This document shows positions 31,097 to 41,695 of a stretch of 64,000 nucleotides of DNA, in pieces. The notes under the pieces were generated by a model. It saw only the letters and a list, made by a program, of their open reading frames with translations, was not told where the DNA came from and searched no databases. A program made the translations under genes and the position numbers. Position 1 is the stretch's first letter, and each line of letters begins with the position of its first letter. Source of the DNA: an uncultured Gemella sp. GTDB taxonomy: Bacteria > Bacillota > Bacilli > Staphylococcales > Gemellaceae. The stretch is taken from assembly GCA_938046645.1 (NCBI GenBank), contig CALIWM010000189.1, forward strand, positions 36,892-100,891, given 5' to 3'.

Positions 31097-31466
31097 TAAT
31101 TACATCTCTCAGCAGCCGAATAACACGAACAACCTCAGTTTCGTTTTCACTGTCTGACATTTCTACAATGTTATATTTGTAAGCCAGTTCTTTCAGGTCT
31201 TTTTTTAGTTCTTCATCTTTTTTAGATGCAATTACTTCCATATTAGGGATAATCCAAGTTTTTTGCGCCCTTGCCTTACCCTCTTTTTGTAAAATTACAA
31301 GACCTTCTTCTTCTAGCTCTTTTGCAGCATTAAGAATATCCTTATGTGTAATTTCAGGAGGAATGTTGTATTCTTCTTTTTCTGCATCTATTGTCTTTTC
31401 AGATTGCTTAGTATAAGCATTTTCTACGACAATTTCGAGAATTTTTTTCTTTAAATCAATCTTCAT
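31089..31466 (-). CDS. Hypothetical protein, possible winged helix
   Basis: ILNAAKELEEEGLVI pattern. Confidence 0.5.
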   Translation of the reverse strand: MKIDLKKKILEIVVENAYTKQSEKTIDAEKEEYNIPPEITHKDILNAAKELEEEGLVILQKEGKARAQKTWIIPNMEVIASKKDEELKKDLKELAYKYNIVEMSDSENETEVVRVIRLLRDVINE

Positions 31467-31577
31467 TAATGATTGTCCTTTCTTTCAATTAATAATACAA
31501 TTATATCACTTTTCTCAGATAAAACAAAAAAGAAAAGCACCTTATTTGATTATAAAGTGCTTTAAATATCTTGATAA

Positions 31578-32363
31578 TTAATACCCATCATAAGTATATG
31601 TTCCCCACTCTTTAAGTAGGTTTTTAATACTTCCAGAATAACGCTTAACTAGTTGGTTTTTAACAAAATTTTGATGACTTTCTGGTGTTTTTTGTCCAGC
31701 ATAACCATCTCCTGTTTGTCCAAAACCACCATCTTCAATACGAGATAGGACTGCAACCGCCTCGGCCGTAGTCAAGGCATCAATTTTTGCATCAATCCCA
31801 TTGGCTTCATGAAAGTTTTTCCCGTTTTTATGGTCAGGAATAGCCGACAACAAACGAATGACTTCCTCAGCAGCAGCGCTGTATCGTTCAACAAGTAAAC
31901 CATCAGGCCCAAATTCAGGAATACCATTCTTTGACCGTTCTTCAGCTTCTTTCTTCTTTCTCTCTTCTTCAGCGGCCTTGGCCTTTTCTGCTTTCTTTTT
32001 GGAAATTTCAGTTTGAAGAGAAGAAATAGAATTTGACACCTCAGTTTCCTTGTTGGTCAAAGTTTTGATTTCTTTTTCCTGTTTTTCTTTTACTTCATTA
32101 TTTTCTTGAATAGATTTTTCTAAAGTTTCTTTTTCCTTTAGAGTTTTATCATGATTTTCAATTTTAACACTTAAAGATTTGATATTTGATTTCAAGTCTT
32201 TAGAGTCTTTCATGACTGGATGCTCTTTTTCAAGATATTGAAGAATGACAGAAGAGTTTGTGTCAGCTTTCACATTAGAAGAAATAACTGGCAAGGCCAA
32301 AATGGCAATACCAGTCATTATTAAAATTTTATTTGATTTCAATCTTTTAATACCCCCATGCAC
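31578..32363 (-). CDS. Secreted coiled-coil protein with possible lysozyme-like/Apf-like C-terminus
   Basis: Signal peptide, coiled coil, RIE..GFGQ..RYSGS..W..Y tail; N-terminal LEKEHP matches neighbour's LEKTHP; true start may be a little downstream. Confidence 0.55.
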   Translation of the reverse strand: MHGGIKRLKSNKILIMTGIAILALPVISSNVKADTNSSVILQYLEKEHPVMKDSKDLKSNIKSLSVKIENHDKTLKEKETLEKSIQENNEVKEKQEKEIKTLTNKETEVSNSISSLQTEISKKKAEKAKAAEEERKKKEAEERSKNGIPEFGPDGLLVERYSAAAEEVIRLLSAIPDHKNGKNFHEANGIDAKIDALTTAEAVAVLSRIEDGGFGQTGDGYAGQKTPESHQNFVKNQLVKRYSGSIKNLLKEWGTYTYDGY

Positions 32364-33111
32364 TCAGGCCTTGTGCAGAATAAGCACGATAAGCAGCTTG
32401 AATTTGGTCTTCAACTGTTGCTGTAGAACCCCAACCGGGCATTGTCTGAAACAGTCCACTAGCACCTGATGGATTATAAGCATCCACCTGACCATTAGAT
32501 TCACGGGCAATAATATGCTCCCATGTTGAAGATGGAACTCCAGTTAATTCAGACATTTTTTGAGCAGCATATAGGCCTTGCTCTCCTGCTGTGTTCCCAT
32601 TAGCCAAACGGACAGAGCCTGCCGGCTGACTAGGGGCAGCAGAAGTTGTTGATGAATTATTTTGAAAAGTTTGAGAGGTTTTCTTTTTGGCCTCTTCTTG
32701 CTTCTTCTTTTCTTCATCTTGTTTTTTCTTTGCTTCTTCCTGAGCCTTTTTGGCATTTTCTTTCTCAGTCTTCTTGCCCAAAGTCTTATCTTTCAATTCT
32801 TGGATTTCTGTTGTCAGCTTATTTTCTTTAGCTTGTAAATCCAACAATTCAGCTTCCATAGAATTTTTTGAAGCTAGTTCTTTATCTAGCTCTTTTTGAG
32901 CATCAGAATTTTTTGATACAATCTTCTTGTATTCTTTAAACTCTTTTTCCAAAACATCATGTTCTTTTTTAAGTTCTTGATGTTTTTTGATAATTGGGTG
33001 TGTTTTTTCTAGGTTAAAGTCAACTTGCTCCTTTGCGGAAACAATCTGACTAGAGAGCATTGCTGCTCCCAACATTAAGCAAGAAATAGTTTTAATGTGT
33101 GTTACTTTCAT
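32347..33111 (-). CDS. Secreted lytic transglycosylase (IsaA/SceD-like SLT domain) with coiled coil
   Basis: [12 protein letters not shown]...[10 protein letters not shown]...QGLSAWGY. Confidence 0.85.
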   Translation of the reverse strand: MKVTHIKTISCLMLGAAMLSSQIVSAKEQVDFNLEKTHPIIKKHQELKKEHDVLEKEFKEYKKIVSKNSDAQKELDKELASKNSMEAELLDLQAKENKLTTEIQELKDKTLGKKTEKENAKKAQEEAKKKQDEEKKKQEEAKKKTSQTFQNNSSTTSAAPSQPAGSVRLANGNTAGEQGLYAAQKMSELTGVPSSTWEHIIARESNGQVDAYNPSGASGLFQTMPGWGSTATVEDQIQAAYRAYSAQGLSAWGY

Positions 33112-33123
33112 AAATCACCTTTC

Positions 33124-33468
33124 TTACTTATTCAACTCTTTAAGCTCCTCTTCGAGCTTTTTCTTTTCTGTTTCAAGATTGGCAACCTTAGCTTTCTTGT
33201 CAGTTAAAGTTTTTTCAACTTCCTTGACTTCTTTTTCTGCCTTAGTTTTTTCTTCAGCCTTTTTCTTAGAAACTTCCTTGATTTTCTTTACAGATGTATC
33301 AAGTTCTTTCTTCTTTTCATCAATAGCTTTTTTGGCAGCTTCTACTTTCTTCTGATAAGTATAGTTATTGTATGCAGCTACACTAGCTCCACCAATAATA
33401 AAAGCAACAATAATAGCTAGGATTGTTAAAGATTTCTTATGGCTTTTCTTTTCAATCTTGTCCGACAT
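33124..33468 (-). CDS. Small TM-anchored coiled-coil protein
   Basis: N-terminal TM and Lys/Glu-rich heptads. Confidence 0.65.
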   Translation of the reverse strand: MSDKIEKKSHKKSLTILAIIVAFIIGGASVAAYNNYTYQKKVEAAKKAIDEKKKELDTSVKKIKEVSKKKAEEKTKAEKEVKEVEKTLTDKKAKVANLETEKKKLEEELKELNK

Positions 33469-33695
33469 GGTTAATATCTCCTTGTTTAAAAAAATTTTGA
33501 TTTACATAGTGTCACTTAACACTGTTATTATTGTACCATAAATGGCCTAAAAGTACATTACAAAAATAATACTTTATTTTCTTACTGTAACAAAAAATAA
33601 CAGAATGGTCTAGTGATTTGTTTTGATTTATTACACATCAAAATATAAAAAACAAAGACACTAGAATTTCTAGCATCTTTATCAAAATAATATTT

Positions 33696-34118
33696 TTACT
33701 CTGTTTTTATCAATCCACCATCAACAAGATTCTTTATCAGTTGACCTAAAGGACTATTGTAATCAATGGTCTGATTTTGACCATTCACAGAAATAGTAAT
33801 ATTTTGTCCTTCAACAATATTCCCAACAAGTTTTACATCACCTGCTGACACCCATTGTCCATTTGGCAATTGAATTGATAAAACTCCATTGTCAAAACGT
33901 GTATTGTTCTTTACTTGTTCAACAGGTAAAGAATTTAATAGACGTTGAGCATGTTGAACCGGCACATTGATTGCATTGCTCCAAGAATATCCCAGACCAT
34001 ACACCAAGAATAAAACCAGAATAATCCCCCATTTAATAATTCCTCGTATCTTCTTAATTATCCACCCTACCACAATAAGGATTAAGAATAACGAGATGAT
34101 TTGACCAATTGTAATCAT
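33696..34118 (-). CDS. Hypothetical membrane protein
   Basis: Two N-terminal TM segments; AAGGAG RBS. Confidence 0.65.
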   Translation of the reverse strand: MITIGQIISLFLILIVVGWIIKKIRGIIKWGIILVLFLVYGLGYSWSNAINVPVQHAQRLLNSLPVEQVKNNTRFDNGVLSIQLPNGQWVSAGDVKLVGNIVEGQNITISVNGQNQTIDYNSPLGQLIKNLVDGGLIKTE

Positions 34119-34205
34119 GGCAATCTCCTTTTTATTTTATATTTCTTTCACTAATTATTATATTCATATTCCTTAGAAAAAGCAAAAAAGACCAAGATGG
34201 TCTTT

Positions 34206-35045
34206 TTAAATCATGTTGTTTTCCACCAAAAATCTTTTCTTACTTTCGTTATCGGGTTTTAACAAAAGTGTTTCCGGTTTATTTGTCACAAAAGCAGTTG
34301 TAACAAGAGTAGCTAATGTTTTGCTAATTTGATAACCACCAACTCCGGAAAGAAGCTTTTTCCTAATGGCTGGCTTCAAGTCATCAATGTTAGCATAGAT
34401 TTCCTCTACATTCTTATATGTAGACAAAAGCTCCAAGGCGGTCTTGTCTCCAATGCCTTCGACACCCTTAATATTGTCAGATGTATCGCCAGCAAGAGCT
34501 TTGAAATCCACAATGTTGTCAGGTGTGTAGCCAAATTCAGTTTCACAGTCATGACGAGAAACTGTCAGAACTTCTGAAAAACCTTTTTTGGGAAATTCCA
34601 TCACAACATTTGGGAACTTCAAGAGCTGAAGCAAATCATGGTCACTTGATATAATGTGAATTCTATCAAAAGACTCATGAACTTGATAAAGAAGAGAACC
34701 TATAAGGTCATCTGCCTCTAGCATATTGTCTTGCAAAATAGAATATCCCATTAATCTAGATAATTCTTGGACATAAGGCTTTTGTCTGCGAAAGTCCTCA
34801 TCTTTAGAGCCTCTATGACCCTTGTAATCAGGATAAAGCAGCTTTCTAAAGGAATATCCATCACCATCAAAAGCAATAAAGCCATGAGTGGGATTATATC
34901 TATTTTGAATTCCTTTTAAAAATTTTCCAAAACCCCAGACCATATTCATGGGAACACCCTCTGGATTTCTTTTTCCATTTGATTTAAAAGCATGGTAAGC
35001 TCGGTTCATCAGTGAATTTCCATCAATCAAAACTAATGTTTTCAT
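34206..35045 (-). CDS. Stand-alone 5'-3' exonuclease / flap endonuclease (Pol I N-terminal-like)
   Basis: LIDGNSL..RAYH, FD, YK..R, EADDLIG, SSDHDLLQ, GDTSDNIKGV.GIG.KTA. Confidence 0.92.
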   Translation of the reverse strand: MKTLVLIDGNSLMNRAYHAFKSNGKRNPEGVPMNMVWGFGKFLKGIQNRYNPTHGFIAFDGDGYSFRKLLYPDYKGHRGSKDEDFRRQKPYVQELSRLMGYSILQDNMLEADDLIGSLLYQVHESFDRIHIISSDHDLLQLLKFPNVVMEFPKKGFSEVLTVSRHDCETEFGYTPDNIVDFKALAGDTSDNIKGVEGIGDKTALELLSTYKNVEEIYANIDDLKPAIRKKLLSGVGGYQISKTLATLVTTAFVTNKPETLLLKPDNESKKRFLVENNMI

Positions 35046-35091
35046 TATTTTATACACTCCCTTTTATATATTATTTTTATTTAAAATTCTT

Positions 35092-35121
35092 ATTGTAAAA
35101 TAGTTTACAGATACTATTATA
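35092..35121 (-). promoter_or_regulatory. Motif copy (divergent pair, left)
   Basis: minus strand TATAAT AGTATC TGTAAA CTATT TTACAAT. Confidence 0.75.
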
Positions 35122-35136
35122 AAAGCATTTGCGAGT

Positions 35137-35174
35137 TATAATAGTATTTGTAAAATTAATTTATTTTTTACAAT
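35137..35174 (+). promoter_or_regulatory. Motif copy (divergent pair, right)
   Basis: TATAAT AGTATT TGTAAA ... TTTTACAAT, then AAGGAG and ATG at 35205. Confidence 0.75.
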
Positions 35175-35204
35175 ATTACATTTAATAAAAGGAGAGTCTG
35201 AATT

Positions 35205-35225
35205 ATGACTAAATATTTTGATGAA
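35205..35225 (+). pseudogene. 5' stub of a gene interrupted by the IS (MTKYFDE)
   Basis: Promoter + RBS + ATG run into the IS right end. Confidence 0.55.
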
Positions 35226-35400
35226 GTGAACTGCTCCCACCTACACTAAGGCTAAGAGGAAGGAGCTTCTTGGGTAGAGCACATACTTAGAAGCTAGGTG
35301 TCTAGCTCCCAGAGGTTATGCTAATATATACCAAGCTATCCCCGCAGTTCCTACGGTTAAATTAAATTAAGCTAATAATTTTAATCCTTCATGTAGAATA
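35226..35400 (-). ncRNA. Putative TnpB omega/reRNA scaffold
   Basis: Structured right end downstream of and overlapping the tnpB 3' end (ACCGTAGGAACTGCGGGGAT, AGCTAGACACCTAGCT hairpins); 5' limit approximate. Confidence 0.6.
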
Positions 35401-36476
35401 TTTAGGCTGGCATTGAGGTCTCTGTCGTGGTGCGCACCACAACTCTCACAAGCCCACTCACGAATATGTAGGGCTTTTTTGCCTGAGTTGAAGCCACATT
35501 CTGAACAAATCTGAGAAGATGGAAACCATTTATTGATAAAAATAATCTGTTTCCCATACCATTCCGCCTTGTATTCTAGCATCCTCACAAATTCAGACCA
35601 AGAGGCATCCCCAATCGCTCTGGCAAGGTGATGATTTCTCATAAGATTGCGACTCGCTAAATCTTCCATACAAATCCTATCGTGGTTCTTGATAAGATTG
35701 ATACTCAGTTTGGAGAGGAAATCTCTTCTTTGGTTAGAAATCTTCTCATGAAGTCTGGCAACCTTTAATTTTTGCTTCTGATAATTCATGCAGTCATCTA
35801 ACTTTTTACCTCTCTGTTTGGCTAACAACCCTCTTCTAGAGAGGATTTTTTGTTCTCTCCTTAATTTCTTAGAAGCAGAAATTAAGAATCTAGGATTTCC
35901 AATCTTTTCTCCGGTGGAGAGAGCGGCAAAATCAGCTAGGCCGAGGTCAATACCAATATTTGATTTTACCTTAGGAAAAGGCTGAATGTCTGTTTCACAT
36001 AAAATAGAGATGAAATATTTCCCGGTTGCAGTCTTTGAAATCGTGGCACTTTTTATATCGCTTTTTATTTTTCTATGTTGTTTCAACCGAACCCAACCTA
36101 TTTTAGGTAGTTTAACCTTTCCGTTTTCAATCGCTATCGTTCCTTTTTGGTTGTTGGTTCGATAAGATTGATGGTGTCGCTTAGACTTGAATTTAGGAAA
36201 CCCAAAGTTAGATTGAAAGAAAGATTTATAGGCCTTTTGTAAGTTCAATTGGACATTCGCCAGTGCCAAACTATCTACTTCTTTCAGCCACGGGAATTCT
36301 TTCTTGTATTGAGCAGGTGTATTCTTTAAAGTTTTACCTGTCTTCTCATAATAAGCGATTTTGTCCGCCAGCATCTGATTCCAAATAAAGCGTGAGCAGC
36401 CAAAGGTCTTTGCAAAGATGACTTTTTGTTCTTCAGTTGGATATAATCTAAACTTATAAGCTTTTTGCTTTATCAT
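35367..36476 (-). CDS. tnpB: RNA-guided endonuclease TnpB
   Basis: [10 protein letters not shown]; RuvC GIDLG, MEDL, HDRDLNA; CSEC/CESC zinc ribbon. Confidence 0.95.
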   Translation of the reverse strand: MIKQKAYKFRLYPTEEQKVIFAKTFGCSRFIWNQMLADKIAYYEKTGKTLKNTPAQYKKEFPWLKEVDSLALANVQLNLQKAYKSFFQSNFGFPKFKSKRHHQSYRTNNQKGTIAIENGKVKLPKIGWVRLKQHRKIKSDIKSATISKTATGKYFISILCETDIQPFPKVKSNIGIDLGLADFAALSTGEKIGNPRFLISASKKLRREQKILSRRGLLAKQRGKKLDDCMNYQKQKLKVARLHEKISNQRRDFLSKLSINLIKNHDRICMEDLASRNLMRNHHLARAIGDASWSEFVRMLEYKAEWYGKQIIFINKWFPSSQICSECGFNSGKKALHIREWACESCGAHHDRDLNASLNILHEGLKLLA

Positions 36477-36578
36477 CTTTTGAACCTTACTTTTCCCTTT
36501 CTATCTTCTCTATATTCTTTCTTTTTTGTCGCTTATATCCCAACCACCTAGAAGGTGGGGGATTTACGCGGATTTTTG

Positions 36579-37175
36579 TTAAAAAATTGTAAGAAAACTT
36601 TTTCGAGGTTTGAAGCCATTATTGAATTTTAAGTCCATCTCAATATAGTTGGAGAGTCTTCCTTGATACATTAAATCAATGGCAATATCAATGTCTTTTG
36701 ATTGACAATTGAATTTATCAACGATGATAATATTGAGTGGCCTGTTACCCTCTCCAATGAAAACGTAAATTTCTCTTGGGAATAATTTTCTGTTCCAGAG
36801 ATTTTTTCGCTCTAGCTGCAAACTATAAACAACATCTTTGATTTCTGAGACATTGATGTTTTCACCATAAGGGAAAGATATTTTATCTTCCTCAAAAATC
36901 AATCTTCCTCTTTTTAATTCAATTATTCCCTCTTTAATTTGATTTACAAAATGAACCAAAACCCCAAGAGCAATTACTGAAACAATAATAAAAATTAAGA
37001 TAAAATGCAAAGGATATGTTGGTGCTGCTAAAAAGTTCGTTACCCACCAAATAAGAAATAAAACAGGCAATAAAGTTAGTAAAGAAAATCCAACAATAGT
37101 TCGTTTAACTTTTTTTGAATTCAATTCAAACTCAAATAAGTCTTTTTGAGAATCTAACTGTTTATAACCAAGCAT
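36579..37175 (-). CDS. Hypothetical membrane protein
   Basis: Two TM segments. Confidence 0.6.
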   Translation of the reverse strand: MLGYKQLDSQKDLFEFELNSKKVKRTIVGFSLLTLLPVLFLIWWVTNFLAAPTYPLHFILIFIIVSVIALGVLVHFVNQIKEGIIELKRGRLIFEEDKISFPYGENINVSEIKDVVYSLQLERKNLWNRKLFPREIYVFIGEGNRPLNIIIVDKFNCQSKDIDIAIDLMYQGRLSNYIEMDLKFNNGFKPRKSFLTIF

Positions 37176-37185
37176 ATTAGATACC

Positions 37186-37476
37186 TCACTTAGAACCGTT
37201 CATTCGAGCAGAAAACTCTTTCTTTTCTTCTTCTGTCATTGATGCACGTTTTGCACGTTTATTAATATTCACATTGAAGTTTTCTTCATCAATTTCACCT
37301 GATATAAACACCACGCGCCCTGTATCTTCATCAATTTCTTGTTTGAGGGTTTCTGGTTTAATCTTATCTTTAAAACCATTCATGTGAGACAAAACATTTG
37401 TTTGGATTGTCCATACCTTTTTAATACCATCAAAGAGCAAAACTGTTTCTCTTTCTTCTGCTTCATATACTGCCAT
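37186..37476 (-). CDS. Hypothetical protein
   Basis: EERET..W..TN..H; MTEEEKKEFSARM tail; operonic. Confidence 0.6.
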   Translation of the reverse strand: MAVYEAEERETVLLFDGIKKVWTIQTNVLSHMNGFKDKIKPETLKQEIDEDTGRVVFISGEIDEENFNVNINKRAKRASMTEEEKKEFSARMNGSK

Positions 37477-37482
37477 AGCCTA

Positions 37483-38016
37483 TTAATTCCTTTCTTTCTT
37501 AAAAACTTTTGACAAAATAATTGCTCGGAAATAAAAATAAATATTAAATCCCAGCATCCAGATAATAACAATAAAATAAAGATAAAGTGGGATAGTTATC
37601 AATGACAAAATGCCAAAAACACCCACAGAATCCAAAACAAAGTTACCTATTTTAGGCAGGAACAACAATCCCCAGACAAAAACAAAACTCAAGCTATAAT
37701 TCAGGGAATTGTAATAGTCTAGATAAAACTCTTTAAAGCTTTGTTTTCTCTTCTTGATAAGTTTATATGTAAACAACAAAAACAAAATTAAAGCAATAAT
37801 ATAAACATCAAACAAATTAAAGAGATTGTAATTCTCTTTTGAGAAAACATATTTTAAAGGCAAGTGTTGCCCAACTTGGTCAAACGGCGGAGAATAAATC
37901 CAGTAGCACATTAATGCCCATTTAGACAAAAAATAAACAACGATTGTTTCAAGAATATAAGAAAGTAAAACAAATTTATTCGATTTCATCAATTTCTTCC
38001 ACCTCTTCATTCTCAC
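37483..38016 (-). CDS. Hypothetical multi-pass membrane protein
   Basis: About four hydrophobic segments. Confidence 0.6.
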   Translation of the reverse strand: MRMKRWKKLMKSNKFVLLSYILETIVVYFLSKWALMCYWIYSPPFDQVGQHLPLKYVFSKENYNLFNLFDVYIIALILFLLFTYKLIKKRKQSFKEFYLDYYNSLNYSLSFVFVWGLLFLPKIGNFVLDSVGVFGILSLITIPLYLYFIVIIWMLGFNIYFYFRAIILSKVFKKERN

Positions 38017-38359
38017 TTTCTTCGTTTAGCCCTTTCAATCGGCTTAATGGTGCACCAAGAATATCAACGATTTCATCATCTGTCATAATTCCCAAACCAC
38101 CATCTTCCAGAAGCTCATAAGCATAAACATTTTTCTCAGCCTCTGTAGGCAAATGAACAACCAATTGCCCTCTGGATGTGAAAGTTGCATAATCTACAAT
38201 AAATAGGTTCATTCGGACACAGACAATTTCTAGTCCAATCCCTTCTTCTTCATACTTTAGAACACCATCTTCAAAAATGACATCATCTTTCAGAAGTTGA
38301 CTCTTGCTGCCAAAACTCAAACTGGTTAGGTATTCTTTAATTTTTGTATCTTCGTTCAA
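37976..38359 (-). CDS. Acidic hypothetical protein
   Basis: TTG start with GAAAGGAG RBS. Confidence 0.6.
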   Translation of the reverse strand: MNEDTKIKEYLTSLSFGSKSQLLKDDVIFEDGVLKYEEEGIGLEIVCVRMNLFIVDYATFTSRGQLVVHLPTEAEKNVYAYELLEDGGLGIMTDDEIVDILGAPLSRLKGLNEESENEEVEEIDEIE

Positions 38360-38516
38360 AACAATATCTCCTTTCTTGACATGGTTTGTTCTAGCTAACT
38401 ATACTATATTTATTTGAACTAATAGAATTATAACATAAAACGAGAAAAAACTCAATGAAATATAAGAAAAAGAGATATTTAAAGGCATAAAACCTCAAAT
38501 ATCTCTAAAATGAATT

Positions 38517-41270
38517 TTACATATCATTTTTCAAAGAATTAGCGTACTTTTCGTTCTTAACATCTATTCTTTTTTGAACCTCTTCAACAGAATATTCATC
38601 TGTACCAACCAAAGACAACTCAAAATCTTTTACACCAGTCTCTTCATCATCAAACAAATGAACTAGAATAATGTCTCCATCTTGCAACTCTCCAGTCAAA
38701 ACAAAATCAGAGATAGGTGTCGTCACAACACTTTCAATATAGCGCTCAATACTTCTTGCTCCATCAGCAGGAGTAAAGACATCTTGCCACAACTTATCCA
38801 AAGCCTCGTCTGTTGCGAGTATTTTTACATTTCTTTCGCTTAGATATTTTTCAACATCACTCAGTCTCAGTTTAACAATATCTCTGAGAACTGATTTAGC
38901 ATTAGGCAGATAATAGATAATTCGGCTTAGGCGATTTAGAATTTCTTTCCTAAGGAAATGGCCTAATCTGTCAAGAACTGCTTCTTGGACAGTTTCTTTA
39001 TATTGCCCAGTTTCTTCATCTATCGCATCATCTTGAACCATATATTCTTTCGCTCCAATATTAGAAGTCAGAATAATGATAGTGTTTCTAAAATCAACAA
39101 CCGTTCCTTTAGAATCAGTTAGGCGGCCACTATCAAATACCTGAAGCATTAAATCAAACACTTCTGGATGGGCCTTTTCAATTTCATCAAGAAGAACAAT
39201 ACTGTACATGTTATTTTTAACATAATTAGTTAATTCTCCACCTTTTTCATAACCAACATATCCGGGGGGCGCTCCAATCAAACGAGAAATAGAGTTTTTA
39301 TCTTGGAACTCAGACATATCTAGGCGTAATAGAGCTTCTTTAGAATCAAATAATTCGAAAGCTAATTCTTCTGCTGTAATTGTTTTACCAGTTCCTGATG
39401 GCCCTAAGAACAAGAATGTTCCAATTGGCTTGTTTGGGTTAGACATTCCGGCTCGGTTTCTAAGAATAGCATTTTTGATTTCTTTAAGTGCATGGTCTTG
39501 TCCAAGTATTCTTTTAGCCATTCTTGCATCAAGATTAAGAATTTTTTCTTTTTCAGACTTTTCCATTTTGGCAGCAGGAATACCGGTTTTTATACTGAGG
39601 ACTTGATAAATCTCATCTACAGAGACAACTTCTTTTAAAGCTCCGGAATCGCTTCGCTCTTCTTGAATTTTAAGCAAATCTGACAACTCTGCCTGAACTT
39701 CTCTTAAATCACCGTTTTGAATACGGGCAACAACTTCTAAATCATTGATGGCACGAGCATTTTCTTCTTGACGTAAGAGTTGTTCACGTTCTGCTTTAAG
39801 CCTCTTAATATCTCTGATTAAATCCCTGTTTTCTTCCCATTTTTGGCGCTTACTTGTAACTTCCTTACCTAATTCAAAAATTTCATCCTTTAGTTCATCT
39901 AAGCGCTCTTTAGTGGCCTTGCTATAAGATTCTTTGATTTCTTCTTTTAGGTTTTCTTGTTCAATTTGTAGTTCCTGTAATTTTGAAACTTGGCCAACTA
40001 GGTCTTCTGGCATTGAGTTAATGTTCAATTCTACCCTTGCACAAGCCTCATCCAGTAGGTCTATGGCCTTATCAGGCAAGTACCGATTAGAGATATAACG
40101 CATAGAAAGTTTCACGGCGTTGACAATTGCCGCATCCTGTATTGTTACCCCGTGGTGACTTTCAAAAGTATTTTTAAGGCCACGCAAAATTGTAATTGCT
40201 TCTTCTTGCGTTGGCTCTTTTACAATGATTTTATCCACACGACGTTCAAAGGCTTTGTCTTTTTCAATTTCACGGTATTCATCTATGGTGGTTGCTCCAA
40301 TTAGACGAATTTCTCCTCTGGCCATAGCTGGCTTTAAGATGTTACTAGCATCCATAGATGTACCATTTCCGCCTGCTCCAATAATCATATGGATTTCATC
40401 AATAAATAGAATGATACGGCCGTTAGACTTCTTCACTTCGTCTATAATGCTTTTTAGTCTTTTTTCAAACTCGCCAATAGCTGAAGCTCCGGCCATTACT
40501 GCTGCCAAATCCAAAGAAAAAATCTTTTTATTTTTAAGAGTTTCCGGAATATTTCTATTTACAATTCTCTCAGCAATACCTTCCAAAATAGCCGTTTTAC
40601 CAACACCGGGTTCTCCAACAAGAATAGGGTTGTTCTTAGTTTTTCTCGAAAGAGTGGTAATAACTTGCCGTATTTCTTCGTCACGGCCGATTACCGGGTC
40701 TTGATTGCCCTCACGGTATTTCTTTACTAAATCTACAGCAAATTTATCAAGAACTTTTGAATTTTCTTCATCTGTCCTTTCAAGAATTTGATGCCCTGCA
40801 CGTTCTTGAAAAATGAGATTAATGACATCTTGATAAGTAAAATCATCCTCAAAGAACTCAACTAAAACATTGGCATCCTTGCCATTCTTGGTGAATTTAT
40901 TAAAAAACAGAGTGGCAATAAATGTGTCTGTTGCGACATACTCATCACCAAACTCATTAGATACTACATTTGTGGCTAAGGTCAATAGATTTTCCAGTCT
41001 CTTAGAGAACCGTATATCATTTGTTACAGTTCTAACTTTTTGCGCTTGTGAGAAATTAATGACTTCTGTATCAATTTCGTTTTCTAAAAAAGCAATAGAT
41101 TTATTACTTTGACGGCACATTTTTAACAAAAGTTCATGGCCTTTATATTTATGTTTAAGAATTGCTTTCAAGATATGAGAGTAGTCTAGGACATCAATCT
41201 CCTGCATTTTTACTATTTCTATAGCATCTGCCATAGTCTCGTATAAAGTGGTTGTGATTTGTTCAAGCAT
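38517..41270 (-). CDS. clpB: ClpB-like AAA+ disaggregase
   Basis: Two Walker A motifs (GEPGVGKT, GPSGTGKT); IDEIH; long coiled-coil middle domain; RLIGAPPGYVGY. Confidence 0.9.
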   Translation of the reverse strand: MLEQITTTLYETMADAIEIVKMQEIDVLDYSHILKAILKHKYKGHELLLKMCRQSNKSIAFLENEIDTEVINFSQAQKVRTVTNDIRFSKRLENLLTLATNVVSNEFGDEYVATDTFIATLFFNKFTKNGKDANVLVEFFEDDFTYQDVINLIFQERAGHQILERTDEENSKVLDKFAVDLVKKYREGNQDPVIGRDEEIRQVITTLSRKTKNNPILVGEPGVGKTAILEGIAERIVNRNIPETLKNKKIFSLDLAAVMAGASAIGEFEKRLKSIIDEVKKSNGRIILFIDEIHMIIGAGGNGTSMDASNILKPAMARGEIRLIGATTIDEYREIEKDKAFERRVDKIIVKEPTQEEAITILRGLKNTFESHHGVTIQDAAIVNAVKLSMRYISNRYLPDKAIDLLDEACARVELNINSMPEDLVGQVSKLQELQIEQENLKEEIKESYSKATKERLDELKDEIFELGKEVTSKRQKWEENRDLIRDIKRLKAEREQLLRQEENARAINDLEVVARIQNGDLREVQAELSDLLKIQEERSDSGALKEVVSVDEIYQVLSIKTGIPAAKMEKSEKEKILNLDARMAKRILGQDHALKEIKNAILRNRAGMSNPNKPIGTFLFLGPSGTGKTITAEELAFELFDSKEALLRLDMSEFQDKNSISRLIGAPPGYVGYEKGGELTNYVKNNMYSIVLLDEIEKAHPEVFDLMLQVFDSGRLTDSKGTVVDFRNTIIILTSNIGAKEYMVQDDAIDEETGQYKETVQEAVLDRLGHFLRKEILNRLSRIIYYLPNAKSVLRDIVKLRLSDVEKYLSERNVKILATDEALDKLWQDVFTPADGARSIERYIESVVTTPISDFVLTGELQDGDIILVHLFDDEETGVKDFELSLVGTDEYSVEEVQKRIDVKNEKYANSLKNDM

Positions 41271-41356
41271 ACTTTTTTCTTTTTCCTTATCCTTTATTTA
41301 GTTAATTGTTTTATTTTTACTACTACCTTAAGTATATCAAAAAAGAACTAGAGTTT

Positions 41357-41683
41357 CTAGTTCTTCTTGTTTTTATACTCAGCTTCCTTACTTAAAAGCT
41401 CTTCAATGTAAAACATAATATCAACAAGGTCTTCATGAGATAATTCAAACCACTCTAAATTTGTCTGTTTTGAACTGTATTTCCTGTGGAGATGCTGCTC
41501 TATTTTTCTGGCAGACTTTGAGTAATAAACCTGAATAATGTCAATACCTGTTGGAGAAGCAGTTTCTAAAGATTTTAGTCTTTTAGATAAATTTTTAGAG
41601 AAGCCGATTTTGACATACGGCTTTAACCATTCCCCCTTATGTCTAAGCAAATAAACACAAGGGAGAGTTTGTTTTTTAGTCAT
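41357..41683 (-). CDS. GIY-YIG family (T5orf172-like) protein
   Basis: VYLL..VKIGFS..RL..L...E..LH......EWF. Confidence 0.8.
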   Translation of the reverse strand: MTKKQTLPCVYLLRHKGEWLKPYVKIGFSKNLSKRLKSLETASPTGIDIIQVYYSKSARKIEQHLHRKYSSKQTNLEWFELSHEDLVDIMFYIEELLSKEAEYKNKKN

Positions 41684-41695
41684 AACTAATACACC

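Larger units (their letters stand above)
35226..36578 (-). mobile_element. IS200/IS605-family tnpB-only (IS1341-like) element
   Basis: Left-end hairpin ATCCCCCACC..GGTGGTTGGGAT (36537-36563); right-end hairpin ending ..GGGAGCAGTTCAC on minus strand; no tnpA; boundaries inferred. Confidence 0.8.

Noticed and set aside
36477..36536. tnpA remnant upstream of tnpB
   Set aside because: No HUH or conserved Tyr motif recognisable in about 60 bp
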